Shown here: positions 52,633-64,000 of the stretch, piece by piece
Numbering within the stretch: the first letter of the stretch is position 1
How the letters are laid out: each line of letters starts with the position of its first letter
Origin: Azolla caroliniana
Taxonomy: Eukaryota; Plantae; Polypodiophyta
Assembly (NCBI GenBank): GCA_043228905.1
Contig: JBHGNT010000002.1
Location: forward strand, 28,334,001-28,398,000
Direction: 5' to 3'
DNA: 64,000 nt
Translations under genes and position numbers: made by a program
Notes under the pieces: model-generated
The model's input: only the letters and a program-made list of their open reading frames with translations
Databases searched by the model: none
What the model was told of the DNA's origin: nothing

Positions 52633-53619
52633 GTTGGGAATACATACTAGAATATAACTAAAGGATTTAAGTGCTATAGCAACTAGAGCATAATACTACC
52701 CTCAGGGTTAACTGGTTTGGCCAAACCGTTTAAGCCTTAACCAGTTTGGCCCTACGCGGTTCAGTTCGGCTTGAGCATTGCCAAACCAAGCCTAAAGCGT
52801 TTAAGGAGGCTCAAGCTTGAATTGAACCAAATAGACCTGCCAACCCGTTTATAAATGGTCTAATGGCTCAGTTCAAGCTTGAGTTGAGCTGTTGCCGACC
52901 CTTAATGGTCACATTTGTATTCATGCCAAATAGGGTTGGCCAACATTGTACCTCCTTAGTGTAGATTTTCTAGCAAATCTCTTGGGAATGGCTCCCTCTC
53001 TTTTCTTACCAGTTGAAACGCAAATCAATCCTAGTAAAAATATCAATCATCGTGGCATCAATTTGAGGTGGGTGTGAAATCATTCGTAGGAGTTCCAAAT
53101 ATTTGGAAACCCTAAAGACCACTTCTCGGTTCATTTGCAACACTAACGAGGATTGCAAAGTAACATGAAAAATTGAAAATCCTAGGGATTATAATATCAT
53201 CACACTTCCATGTCAATACAATGCAAAGAGTGATTGGAAAACAAGTCTAAACTTGTAAAAGAGGATATGCTATTGAGTTCTCTAGCATTTTGTAACTTTT
53301 TCTGTAAAAAGTAATACATTAACTTGACAAAATAGTCTTTTGAAGGAAAGGAACATGATCCATCATTAGGCAATGTTTGGTTGACTAAAAGTCTAATCAT
53401 CAAATAAGTCATTCATATTTCACCAACAAAAGGTTAGTGAAAAATGTTGAGATTATGGGTGTTTTTTATTAGAGTATATATAGGGATATAATGTGTGGAT
53501 AAGCTAATTGGGCTAGAAATGGTTGTAAGCACAAATGAATTGTGAAGCTAGATTGCATAACGGCAATTACATTTTTCTAATACTTGAAACAAAATTTCCT
53601 TAAAAAAGTATACGAAATC

Positions 53620-55899
53620 TGTTGAGAGTCGAAATCAACTTCCCATAATAGTAATAGGTTTCACACTAGCTCATGGTCATACTAGGCTAGTTTTGTAAAT
53701 AGTGAAAAGGGCACTTGCCCTAGTTTAGTTGGTATTTAAACCAACCCCTTGTAACTTAGTTATTGTTGGAAGTATTTTTGGTTAATGTAATATACAATCT
53801 TTTATCTCTGTCTTAAGCTCTCTCTCTCTCTCTCTTTGTCTTACGTGCATTACACCACTAGCTCCATTTATTTACATGGTATCAGAGTGTGTGGTTGCTT
53901 AATTGAATCTATTAAACTGTGTTGTGGTACACGCCGACGATCAACAGAGAAGAAATCAACATAATGAACACTCAGATGGGAAGCGCTCTTCCTACTGAGA
54001 AGCTTAACAGAACGAACTTTGCATCTTGGGAATGCAAGATGCATCAATACCTTGTCAGACAAGGTTACTGGAGTTACATTGAAGGAGCTCACGAAACTCA
54101 ACCCAACCCAACACACGCCGACTATCCTGTTTGGGAGCAAGCCGCAAGCCGCGTGTTGTATTGCCTTGCATCATGCGTTCATGATCATATGCTTGGCTAT
54201 ATTCGAGATTTGAAAACACTAAAAGAAGCTTGGAGAAACCTCAAGAAGATTTTTGCGGCTAACACAGCTTCACGAAAGCTCTAACTTCAATAGGAGCTAA
54301 ACAACATGCAATAGAAGGACATGTTGATCACATGTTATACCTTAAAGATCAAGGAGTTGTGCGATGCCCTCGATTCGATTAATGTCATAATCGACGATGA
54401 CAAGATGGTGCAAATATGCCTCGGAGGCTTAGCACCCCGATTTGGCTCGATTAGATCGGCCATCCTTGCAAGGGAGAACCCTCCTTCATTTTTCGATCTC
54501 CAATCAATATTGTTGGTTGAGGAAAGTCACTCCTGACAAAGGAGTAACGCACCAGAGGGTCATATGCTCTACTCCCAGTCAGATGATAGAAGAAATTTCG
54601 GCCGTAAATAGAGGTCGATTCAAACAAGCTGTAATGGTCGACAGACTCGAGAGCGTAACTCCCACCAATGGCAAGCGGACAGGAACGGTCCCAGAGAGTT
54701 CGGAAGAAGGGGGAGTCATCATGCTGGACCAAGCAATCGTAATACCCCGATCGACTGCGAGTACTGTGGAAAACATGGCCACTACGAAGAGGAGTGTCAG
54801 AAAAAGGTATGAGACTCAGCTTCAACTAGCCGACAAATCATGAATTACGCATCGAATTCCGACTATGACAATCGTTACGAAATGTTTATAAATTACGCCA
54901 CAAATTCCAACTACGGAGATTGTGGCGGAATGTTCGTAATGAGGCATGAAGCACACTCAATGTCAGCACAGGCCTCAACGAGTGCCTCCGCCTCAAATAA
55001 CGTATGGTTTGTTGACTTGGGAGCATCCAACCACATGACGTCTCATGAAGATTGGTTTCGGGAATTACGAAAACCTGAACGACCCGGATATGTCGAGACC
55101 GGCGATGACACGACTCATCCAATACAACATATCGGGAACGTCCCATTCGGAAACAATGGCAAACAAACCTATCTCAAGAACGCAATGCATGTCCCTACCA
55201 TCACGAAAAACTTGGTCTCGGTCGGCCAGATTGTCGAACAAGGAATGCAGGTACGATTCAACAATGATGGATGTTTTATCGAAAGAGGAGATCAAGTCGT
55301 AGCTGACGACCGTTGTGAAGGCCGTATGTTTGTCCTCGAATCGAATGAGGTAAAAACAACTTGGAAGGAGTCGACCTTTTATGCCAACAGCCTTAGGGGT
55401 TGACAAGCTCGGGCAATTCACATCAGACCTTGGTCTCACAACATCCACATTGCCGAGCTTGAGGGGGAGTATGACATGTACGTAACACAGAACGATACAC
55501 CACATGCAACGATACGTGAGTATGCAACACGTAGTTAATCAAACCGAGCACGAAGCCGAAAAGCCGAACAATCCAATTTGAGGATTACAAACGCCAGAAG
55601 CTGAATTCCGAAAACCAAACTGAAACAACCTTTCGACAGATGGAAGTTGTGTTCGAAGGGGCGTGTTGAGAGTCGAACTCAACTTCCCATAATAGTAATA
55701 GGTTTCACACTAGCTCATGGTCATACCAGGCTAGTTTTTTAAATAGTAGAAAGGGCACTTGCCCTAGTTTAGTTGGTATTTAAACCAACCCCTTGTAACT
55801 TAGTTGATGTTGGAAGTATTTTTGGTTAATGTAATATACGGACTTTTATCTCTCTCTTAAGCTCTCTCTCTCTCTCTCTCTCTCTGTTTGTCTTATGTG

Positions 55900-55940
<41 letters not shown>

Positions 55941-55986
55941 TCAATTATCTTCCACTACATTACACTACCAGCTCCATTTATTTACA
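53620..55986 (+). mobile_element. Internally deleted Ty1/copia element C
   Basis: LTRs 53620-53876 and 55664-55986; PBS tggtatcagag; flanks aaatc/aaaac; gag (TEKLNRTNFASW, CEYCGKHGHYEEEC) and protease (WFVDLGASNHMT) joined to the RNase H tail near 55370. Confidence 0.9.
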
Positions 55987-56299
55987 AAAACATTTTTTTT
56001 TTGTCCAAAAAGAAGCTACTTTCCCATTAGTTAGGAGCTCAGATTATTGTAGAAAGACTATACAACCTTCTAACTGAGTTCAAGACTATGAGACTACGTA
56101 CATATCCTTTCAAACTGACTACTTAATATAAGTAGGTAGGTATAGCTATAAACTAGTGCCCTTCATCACTGGCCAGTACGAGTTGGATCCTGTGGCCTAC
56201 AAGGAACAGAGGGTGGGTGGTGGGTAGGAAACAACCAGCGTGGGGGCTGGTAGTTTCCCCTCGGGCCGTTTCTTCCTTACATACCACAGGGTGAAGCGT

Positions 56300-56970
56300 A
56301 TGATCAACATCCAAGTCTCCTGGAACTAAAGGGGATGTAGTCCTCCAGCCTCTCTCAAATCGGGTCTTGACATGTTTACCTCTTGTGCATTCGTAGCCCC
56401 AACTGTCTCCATGGATGGTGTCTGTCTAGCTATCAACCAAGAGATTGATCCAAGCGGCTGCACCCACAATGTTGTTCCTTCCACTTCGCAGGTAGCTAGG
56501 AGGCGAGTCACTTTGTTCCATACCCTTTGAGCTTGAGGGCAATCCCACAAATAGTGTCTCATAGTCTCAATAAGTGAAGAACAAAGTGGGCAAGCTATCG
56601 GGCCGCCACGTTTACCTAGCCATTCGTTATGGTTAATCTGCCACCAAAATAGCTTGATCTTCTCAGGCACGTGGAGACGCTAAAGACCCTTCCAAAAGGT
56701 ATTGAGCACCTCGTTAGGGATGCCTAATGTTCATCAGCCATTGCGTAAGGAACCGTCCAACTCTAGTTGTATAGCCCGGCCCAATTTAGTGCTATAATCG
56801 AAGAAGTGGTGTAGTTTGCCACCGTGTTTCCACATGAAATCCGCTGGGTCTTATTCTAGTTCCACGAGGGGGTGACAACCGTAGAACTTCCAGTGGGGTT
56901 GCACCTTAGCAACATCATGGTCCGTCTTCCAGTTATTTACTAGCCTACGCCACCACTTGGATTGGGTGCC
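56300..56970 (-). mobile_element. LINE ORF2 C-terminal fragment (zf-RVT)
   Basis: PEKIKLFWWQI..CPLCSSLIETMRHYLWDCPQAQRVW. Confidence 0.8.
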
Positions 56971-58667
56971 AACATTCCATTTTATACATTATTTGGTATA
57001 CATGTCGATGGAAACAACAATAATGGTAATTGATGTGCATTTTATATCACATATCAATCAAAGTGACAAGAAGAAAAGTATTTATTCCTTGCAACCCCCT
57101 AACTAACCCTCATTTACATTGCCTTTGACCATATCCTAGATGATAATGTTGTCATATCAAAATATGTCCTACAAAGGTAAGCATGTTAAAACATTCTTAT
57201 ATTTTTGATAATTTATAAACATAAAAATCCCCACAACGTTCCTCCATAAGAGCTTACCAAATCATGCATTTCAAGAAATCGTTGTGGCTTGTGGTTGCCT
57301 CAAGACACCCAAGGAACTAACAATGTTACATATTTGTGAAGCTCAATTCCATGACCCTTCTCTATTTGACCCAAACCAATATGGACCAATATGAGTTGAA
57401 TCAAGTCATCCATATATGAATGCACTTGGAATTAAACATAACTAACTTAGTTATATTGTACATGATTTGAAGATCGTAGGTAATTCATAAGCAACCAATA
57501 ACTTGTATTCATTGTTATGAGTTCTCATGTGAGGCCCATGCTCAATGCCCCATAATCAAAAGATCATGCATACCAAGTTTGCTAATTGATCCTAAAACTA
57601 TCCTAGTCATTTGAAATATATATCGTCCAACACTTTGGATGCTCAAGAAAATATCTACTAAACTAAGATATGGAAGACTGTTGTAGAATACATTCACTTA
57701 AATAAGACATATAGCTTCGCCAATTCTTGTTACTTTTATAGAAGTTTGCACTCATAATTAGGTGCTATGATTCATGAAGATGTATATATAGCTTATGTAT
57801 AAACCCCAAAAATGATAAGAAATCACAATAAGAACATTCATAACAAAATCCCAAGTGATGAATGCAATCTTCACCTTTAGTTCACATGATGCTATTCAAG
57901 CTTGATACACTGAATTTTTAATGCATACAAACTTGGTGAAAGTCATTTGCAACCCCAATGAAAGATCTTTGTGATAATCATATGATATAGAAGGATAATT
58001 CTTAGAACACATTCACTTTTGGACATAAAAGAAACCATAGCTTATGTGTTGACACCAAAGCTTAAATCAAAGAAGGTTGCTTGATGGAACTTGGATCTTA
58101 ACTAGTGACCGAAATGGGTTCGGCATAACAGGGTGGCTAATACGCAAACCAACATTTTGAAGGATGTGCTTCACATTAGCACGACACAACTCTTAATAAA
58201 TTAGTGAAGAAAGTAGAATATGTTGATCCTTTAAAGCTTTGAGTGCACTCAATCATGCCACACAAGTATGAATACATCACTTGATATGTTTATCTCGTCT
58301 TGATACCATCTGTTCATGACAGTCAAACACAATTTGTGTCTATATAACAAACTGGTGCAAGATATAGACACCGGAACCTCAAGCCAAATCATGATCATGT
58401 GAGTGGTTCCTAACTTGCCTAGCAAGTTTGAAAGCTCTGGTAACATGGGTAGCAACAATAAAAAAATCATCACGCATATGACGATAATTCAAATGGGTAT
58501 TATTTGAAACACACATGTGTGGATAGCCTTAATGCATGCATATATGTAGCCACCTCAGCTCATCCAATGAAGGATTAGGAGTTCCACCATCATAAGGATA
58601 GGATATATATACATAATATCACATCAAGGGACGGAAACCCCTTATGCCCATCCACTTTTAACCCTAG

Positions 58668-58830
58668 TGTTTTAACCATCTTCGGATGTGCTAAAGGACG
58701 ATTGAGACTCAATACTGAAATGGACTCTCGACACACCGTCTACTTTTAACCCTATAATTGTTTTAACCATCTTCGGATGTGATAAAGAACAATTGAGACT
58801 CAATACTGATAGGAACCCTCAAGACACCTT
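58668..58830. repeat. Two-copy tandem repeat, ~91 bp
   Basis: gttttaaccatcttcggatgtg.taaag..c.attgagactcaatactga occurs twice. Confidence 0.7.
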
Positions 58831-59396
58831 CCATAGGTATAGAGTTCAAGCGTAGACAAGACACCGCCTCTCGATGTGATCGTAGAGAAGCATAGTAAGG
58901 CGCAGGGCTAATATTAAGGTGGATGATATATGAAAAAAAGCGGCTTTGATTCACTCGCGTATACATACGTTAAACAAGCGTTGTGGGTGAAGAAGCTTCC
59001 TCCATGGATTTGTGAGGTAGAGAGCCGAACAATTTCTCTGTATCCGGCTTTGACGAAAGCAGAGGAGATCGACGCCACCGTTGTGAGGTGAGAATGAGGA
59101 GAAAGGGGAGGAAAGATGGTCATGAAAACTTCAAATCTGTCAATAAGAGCACCCAATTGTTGTTTGAAATGGCATATCCATGGCTATAAATATAAGGAGG
59201 ATGGATTTTGTTTGCCATGTTTCATGGAAAAAGGAAAGACGGGTAGAATGTGAGATCATACTAAGAACAACAAACTAAGGAAGAGGTTATACAGAGAGAA
59301 AGCCAAGCCATACTTCAGTGTTAAATGAAAGTCAGAGCTCAGTAGTTACTAGTATACTTCACTGTTAAATGAAATTCAGAGCTCAGTAGTTACTAG

Positions 59397-59911
59397 TAGC
59401 GATGGGCCCGGCCCGGTTCAGTTTTTTTTCCTTAGAAACCAAACCAAACTGAACCAAACCATTTATATAAAACAAAAACCAAACCAAACTGTTTATGAAC
59501 TTTCAAGCCATTAAACCAAACCATTTAAGAAAAAGGAATCAAAACTGTTTAGGGAAAAGTTGAAACCAAATCGAGTCATTTAATAAAAAGTTTAAACCTA
59601 ACCATATTAAAGTTAAACTAATTAAAAAATTAAATAAATAAAAATATACTAAATTAAATAAGCATGGATTAAATCAATAAAAAACATTAATTAAACCATT
59701 AAATTACATAAACATTTAAGGGATAAAAAAAGTTAGCCCAAAAACCTATAAACCGATAAACCCCAGTTTCAGAACCAAACCGAACTAAAATCGAACCGTT
59801 TATTAATAATTAAAACCAAACCAAACCATTTAATTATTTTGGAACTTATAAACCTTTAAACCATGGCTTAATGATTCGGGTTGGTTTGAGCTGAAATCGG
59901 GCCCATTGCTA
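59397..59911. mobile_element. hAT-family MITE (515 bp)
   Basis: TIRs tagcgatgggcccg / cgggcccattgcta; 8-bp TSD gttactag (59389-59396 and 59912-59919). Confidence 0.9.
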
Positions 59912-61892
59912 GTTACTAGTAGTAGGTAGTAATAGTAGTACATACTTCAAAGGGACAACATTGTAATTTGTAACAATGCTCACATGGTACATGTGGATGC
60001 CCAAGTAGCTTGCTACTTGGAGTTATTTGATACTTTCTAAAGATGCATGCCTATTACTCCCACCGTTAGCCTAAGAAACGTTCCTTATGTGGCACACTTC
60101 CCTTTCATCTCCACTCAATTGTTAGTTTGGCTCACCATCCCAATGATTTCTTTACGGGGTAGAATTGTTATTTACAAAAAAATATACAGGGGTGGGTGGA
60201 TTTAATCTTAATTACCCTTGCGTTTCCATTTAAGAAATTTCATCCAAGATTTTATTGAAGGAAAAAACACTAAAATACCCCTAAAGGTTTTTCTTTAATC
60301 CCCCCCTCAAATTACGCATTTTTCTTGGTTATTTCTATGAGTTAGTTCCCTTGGCAAAGTGCCAAGAGAGCAACAATATATACATATGGTGATTTCGTCC
60401 ACCTCCCCTTACTTTTAGTAATGGTGAGGAGGGCAGTGTGGGAGATAATGAGAACCCAAGGGCACTTTATTTCGGGAAAATAAATTATAAGGGAAAGCGC
60501 AGGAGTATTTCCGAGATTTTTAACTTTCATCTATTCGACGGGTAAGTATGTATGTATGTAATGGGAACAAACCAAACGAACGGATTTGCAAAACAATATC
60601 CCCGAATTAATCCATAGCCTCTTTTTCTCTCTAGATTTATTTGAGAAATGAGACGGAAAAAATCGACGGTACAAAATTCTCCTATTTTTGCTTGCTACTA
60701 GTTTTCACTCCCTATACACACATACACATTACAGTCTACAGATACTCTTATTCAGATCCTGGTAGAAATCTATGGTTTCATCCGGTTGATCATTCCAGAA
60801 AGTTATTGTGTGCTTCTTCGGTGAAGGTTCACCTCACCTTAAGCCATTCTCCATTTCTCGATAATTCCCTGATTTTCTTTATTTTCCCAAATGACCCTGA
60901 GTTTTTGCTTTTTAACCCATGCCCTCGGGCACCCCAAAACACAGAAATATTGTTTATGCTACTGTTGTAAGCAATTATTTATGCAAGCTCTCTCATTTCC
61001 ACAGGTATTCAGGAAATCTGTGGGCATCTGTTCATCATAGAAGTCAGGTGAAAGGTGTGATTGAAATCCACAACAAACCCATGGTAGTTTTTTCAATATT
61101 GCAATATGGCCCTCCAGGAAATAACCGAAATTCATGGGCGTTTGTCGATCACAGCAGTTAAATGAAAGAAAGCATGGTTGAGATCAGCAGCTCGCCCATC
61201 ATAATTTTATCGATATTGCAATATTCCCCTCCTTGAGTATTGGATTCAGGTATCTTCTTTCATGGTCCTTTTCAATGCATGATGAATGTTGTAGCACTTG
61301 TCTAAAGGCATTTAGTTTTTAGGATTTTCCATTTTGAGAAGGCATATGATATCTGTGGAATACGCTAGTTTCCGCTTGGATCCTGTGAATGAAGTCCATT
61401 GCTAAAACAATATGTGGATATAACAGTGGGAACGTATAGATATTTTCTTAGCTTACATCAGAGTTTGGTATCATTTTGGCATGGCCTATAAATGATTTAT
61501 TTTTTTCTTTTTTGTGTCTAGGTATAGGAAGCATATGTCTGGCTGCACAGAGCAGTTTTGTCTAATTTGAGATCAGTAAAATTTAGTCGGCCCAAGGGAC
61601 TTCGTATGTGGCCATGATTATGAGACACACCTTTGATTGTTGAACAGGGGCTTTTCTAGGAGTTATCAAATGGCTCCAGACAAAGAGAAAAATCCTGAGC
61701 CTTAATCTCTGAACACGTCATGGTACATGGTCCACACCAACTCAGTTCCCCGATAGGTGACGTTTTTGTCCCCAAATGGAGCCACAGATGTTGTCACATG
61801 TACATTGATCTTTTAATGTGTAACGAAGGCTTAAGATTGTGGTATTATATAGACATCCAAGTTTCCAAGGTTCTTGGAAATACAACTCACAA

Positions 61893-64000
61893 ATGGCATC
61901 AAATGTCTCTTCTCAAGTAGTGCTCTTATGGAGAAAATACTTTACGGATCCTTCGCAATGGGTGGATCACAAAAGGATCAAGGTTAGTATATTGGTGTTT
62001 TGCCTAATTATTTTCTTGCTTGTTTTAGATATAGAAAAGACTTATGTTTTGGCAGACTAGCGCAAGATGCCCAGATTTTATACATAAAATTACAAAGGAT
62101 TCTTTATGGATTCATAGTGAGAAAAATCCTTTTTGGGTTTTTGAAGAGATGAAAAAGAGAGTCGAGACAAACAAAGAAGAACTTGGCGAAAAAGAGAGAA
62201 ACAATCGGAATGACTATGATAATAAGGAGGGTATTGCTTATGTAGAATTGCTTAAATCTTGTGCTAGAAGGAAGGACCTTGTAAAAGGTACTAGTATACA
62301 TGATGATATTCTTGAGAAAGGATTGCTCGTAAAGTTTCCTTATTTAGGAAGCACTTTGGTGAATATGTATGCGAAATGTGGCGCTTTGGCAAAAGCACAA
62401 CATGTACATGATGAGCTTCTTGTTCACAATGCAGTCTCTTGGAATTCTCTTATTGCGGGGTATGCTCAACAAGGGCAAGGTAAAGATGCATTAAAGTGTT
62501 ATGAATTCATGGAAAGAGATGGTTATTCTCCGGACGTCATCACCTTCACGTGTGTATTGAAAGCATGTGGTAGTACACGAGCAATAGAGAAAGGCAAGCA
62601 AATTCATAAGGAGATTGTTAGCAAAGGACTCTTGATAAAAGACCCGCTTCTTGGCACTGCTTTGGTTGATATGTATGCAAAATGTGGCGATATGGGGAAA
62701 GCATCACAAGTATTTGATGAACTTCTTGTTCAAGATGTTGTCTCTTGGAATGCGTTGATTGCAGGATATGCCCAACAAGGACAAGGTGAAGAGGCATTAA
62801 CTAGTTTTGAAAGGATGGAAAGTACTGGTGTTTCTCCAAATGTGATCACATTCACTTGCATCTTGAAGGCATGTGGCATTACAGGAGCGATAGAGAAGGG
62901 CAAACAAATCCATGATGAGATTGTCAATAAAGGGCTGCTCAAAAAAGATAACGTTCTCAGAACTGCTTTAGTAGATATGTATGCAAAATGTGGCGATCTA
63001 GGAAAAGCACGGCAGTTGTTTGATGAACTTCTTATTCGAGATGTGGTCTCTTGGAATACCCTAATTGCAGGATATGCACAGCAAGGGCAAGCTGAATGTG
63101 CATTACAGTCGTACGAGTGTATGCTTAAAGATGGACTTTCTCCTGATGCCATCACATTCAATTGCATATTGAAAGCATGTGGCTGCATAAAGGCACTGGA
63201 TAAAGGGAAAAAAATACATGAAGAGATTAAAAGCATGGGATTGCTAGAGAAGCATACAATCCTGGGCAATGCTTTGGTAGATATGTATGCGAAATGTGGT
63301 GAGCTTATAAAAGCCCAAGAGGTTTTTGATGAGCTTCGTGTACAAGATGTAGTCTCTTGGAATGCATTGATATCAGGGTATGTACAACTGGGGCAGTGTG
63401 ATGAAGCGTTGAACTGTTTTCAACGAATGCAACGTGATAATATGTCTCCAAATGTGATCACCTTCATTTGCATCCTTAAGGCCTGTGGTAGTATAGGAGC
63501 AATTAATGTAGGAAAGGAAATTCATAATGACATTGTTCATACAAGATTGCTGGAAAAAGATACTGTCCTGGGAACTGCTCTGGTGGATATGTATGCCAAG
63601 TGTGGTGAGCCAGGAGAAGCATATGAAGTATTCAAGGTACTTCCTATGCGTGATATTGTTACATGGTCAGCACTCATCACTGGGTATGGCCAACGAGGCT
63701 TGGGTCAGGAAGCTTTAGATTGCTTTGATAGGATGCGAAACGAGGGCCTTTCTGCTGATGCAGTCACCTTCGTTTCCATGTTAAAGGCATGTGGAAATGA
63801 AGGAGACATTGGCAAAGGCAAACAAATCCATCACATCATTATCAGTGAGGGACTATTGAAGGAGGATGCTGTTTTGGGTAACGCTTTGGTAGATATGTAT
63901 GCCAAGTGTGGTGAACTACAAAGAGCACAACAAGTGTTTGAGGAGCTTCCTGCACGGGGTGTAGTGTCATGGAATGCTTTAATTGCAGGGTATGTCCAGC
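61893..64000 (+). CDS. PLS-class pentatricopeptide repeat protein with N-terminal OSB/PDF-like motif; exons ~61893-61982 and 62056->64000; cut off by the window end
   Basis: Frame appears open from 62041 to the end. LV(D/N)MYAKCG recurs at 62365, 62671, 62977, 63283, 63589 and 63895 (306-nt period) with VSWN.LI.GY and ITF.C.LKAC motifs. GT..AG intron 61983-62055 is phase 0. Start codon uncertain. Confidence 0.88.

Noticed and set aside
58914-59156. Possible small minus-strand gene or first exon
   Set aside because: Exon-like composition and a gtatgt donor, but no recognisable protein or downstream exons.
62730-63269. 179-aa minus-strand ORF
   Set aside because: Antisense shadow of the PPR reading frame.

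Overview
Repeat-rich nuclear DNA of a land plant. The gene families, the Tcn1-like chromovirus and the PPR style suggest a fern, but that is an inference. Four host genes are supported: a 4-exon SLAC1/SLAH anion channel (22817-25496), an intronless At1g26650/At1g69430-like membrane protein (29902-31269), an intronless SRPBCC/lachrymatory-factor-synthase-like gene (41685-42389, minus) and a PLS-class PPR gene that runs off the right end. The rest is transposon-derived: a 13 kb nest of two related, oppositely oriented Ty1/copia elements carrying a solo LTR and a small non-autonomous LTR element, a full-length degenerate chromovirus with a solo-LTR insertion, an internally deleted copia, LINE remnants and hAT-type MITEs. 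Top leads: (1) after removing a 73-nt intron the PPR protein carries an N-terminal OSB-type 'PDF' ssDNA-binding motif fused to the PLS array; (2) the SLAH channel has Ser in place of the conserved pore-gating Phe (AtSLAC1 F450); (3) the chromovirus appears to self-prime like Tf1 and has a tRNA-like segment in its LTRs; (4) a nested-insertion junction is duplicated 12.7 kb apart. All family assignments are by eye from recalled motifs, not from database searches.
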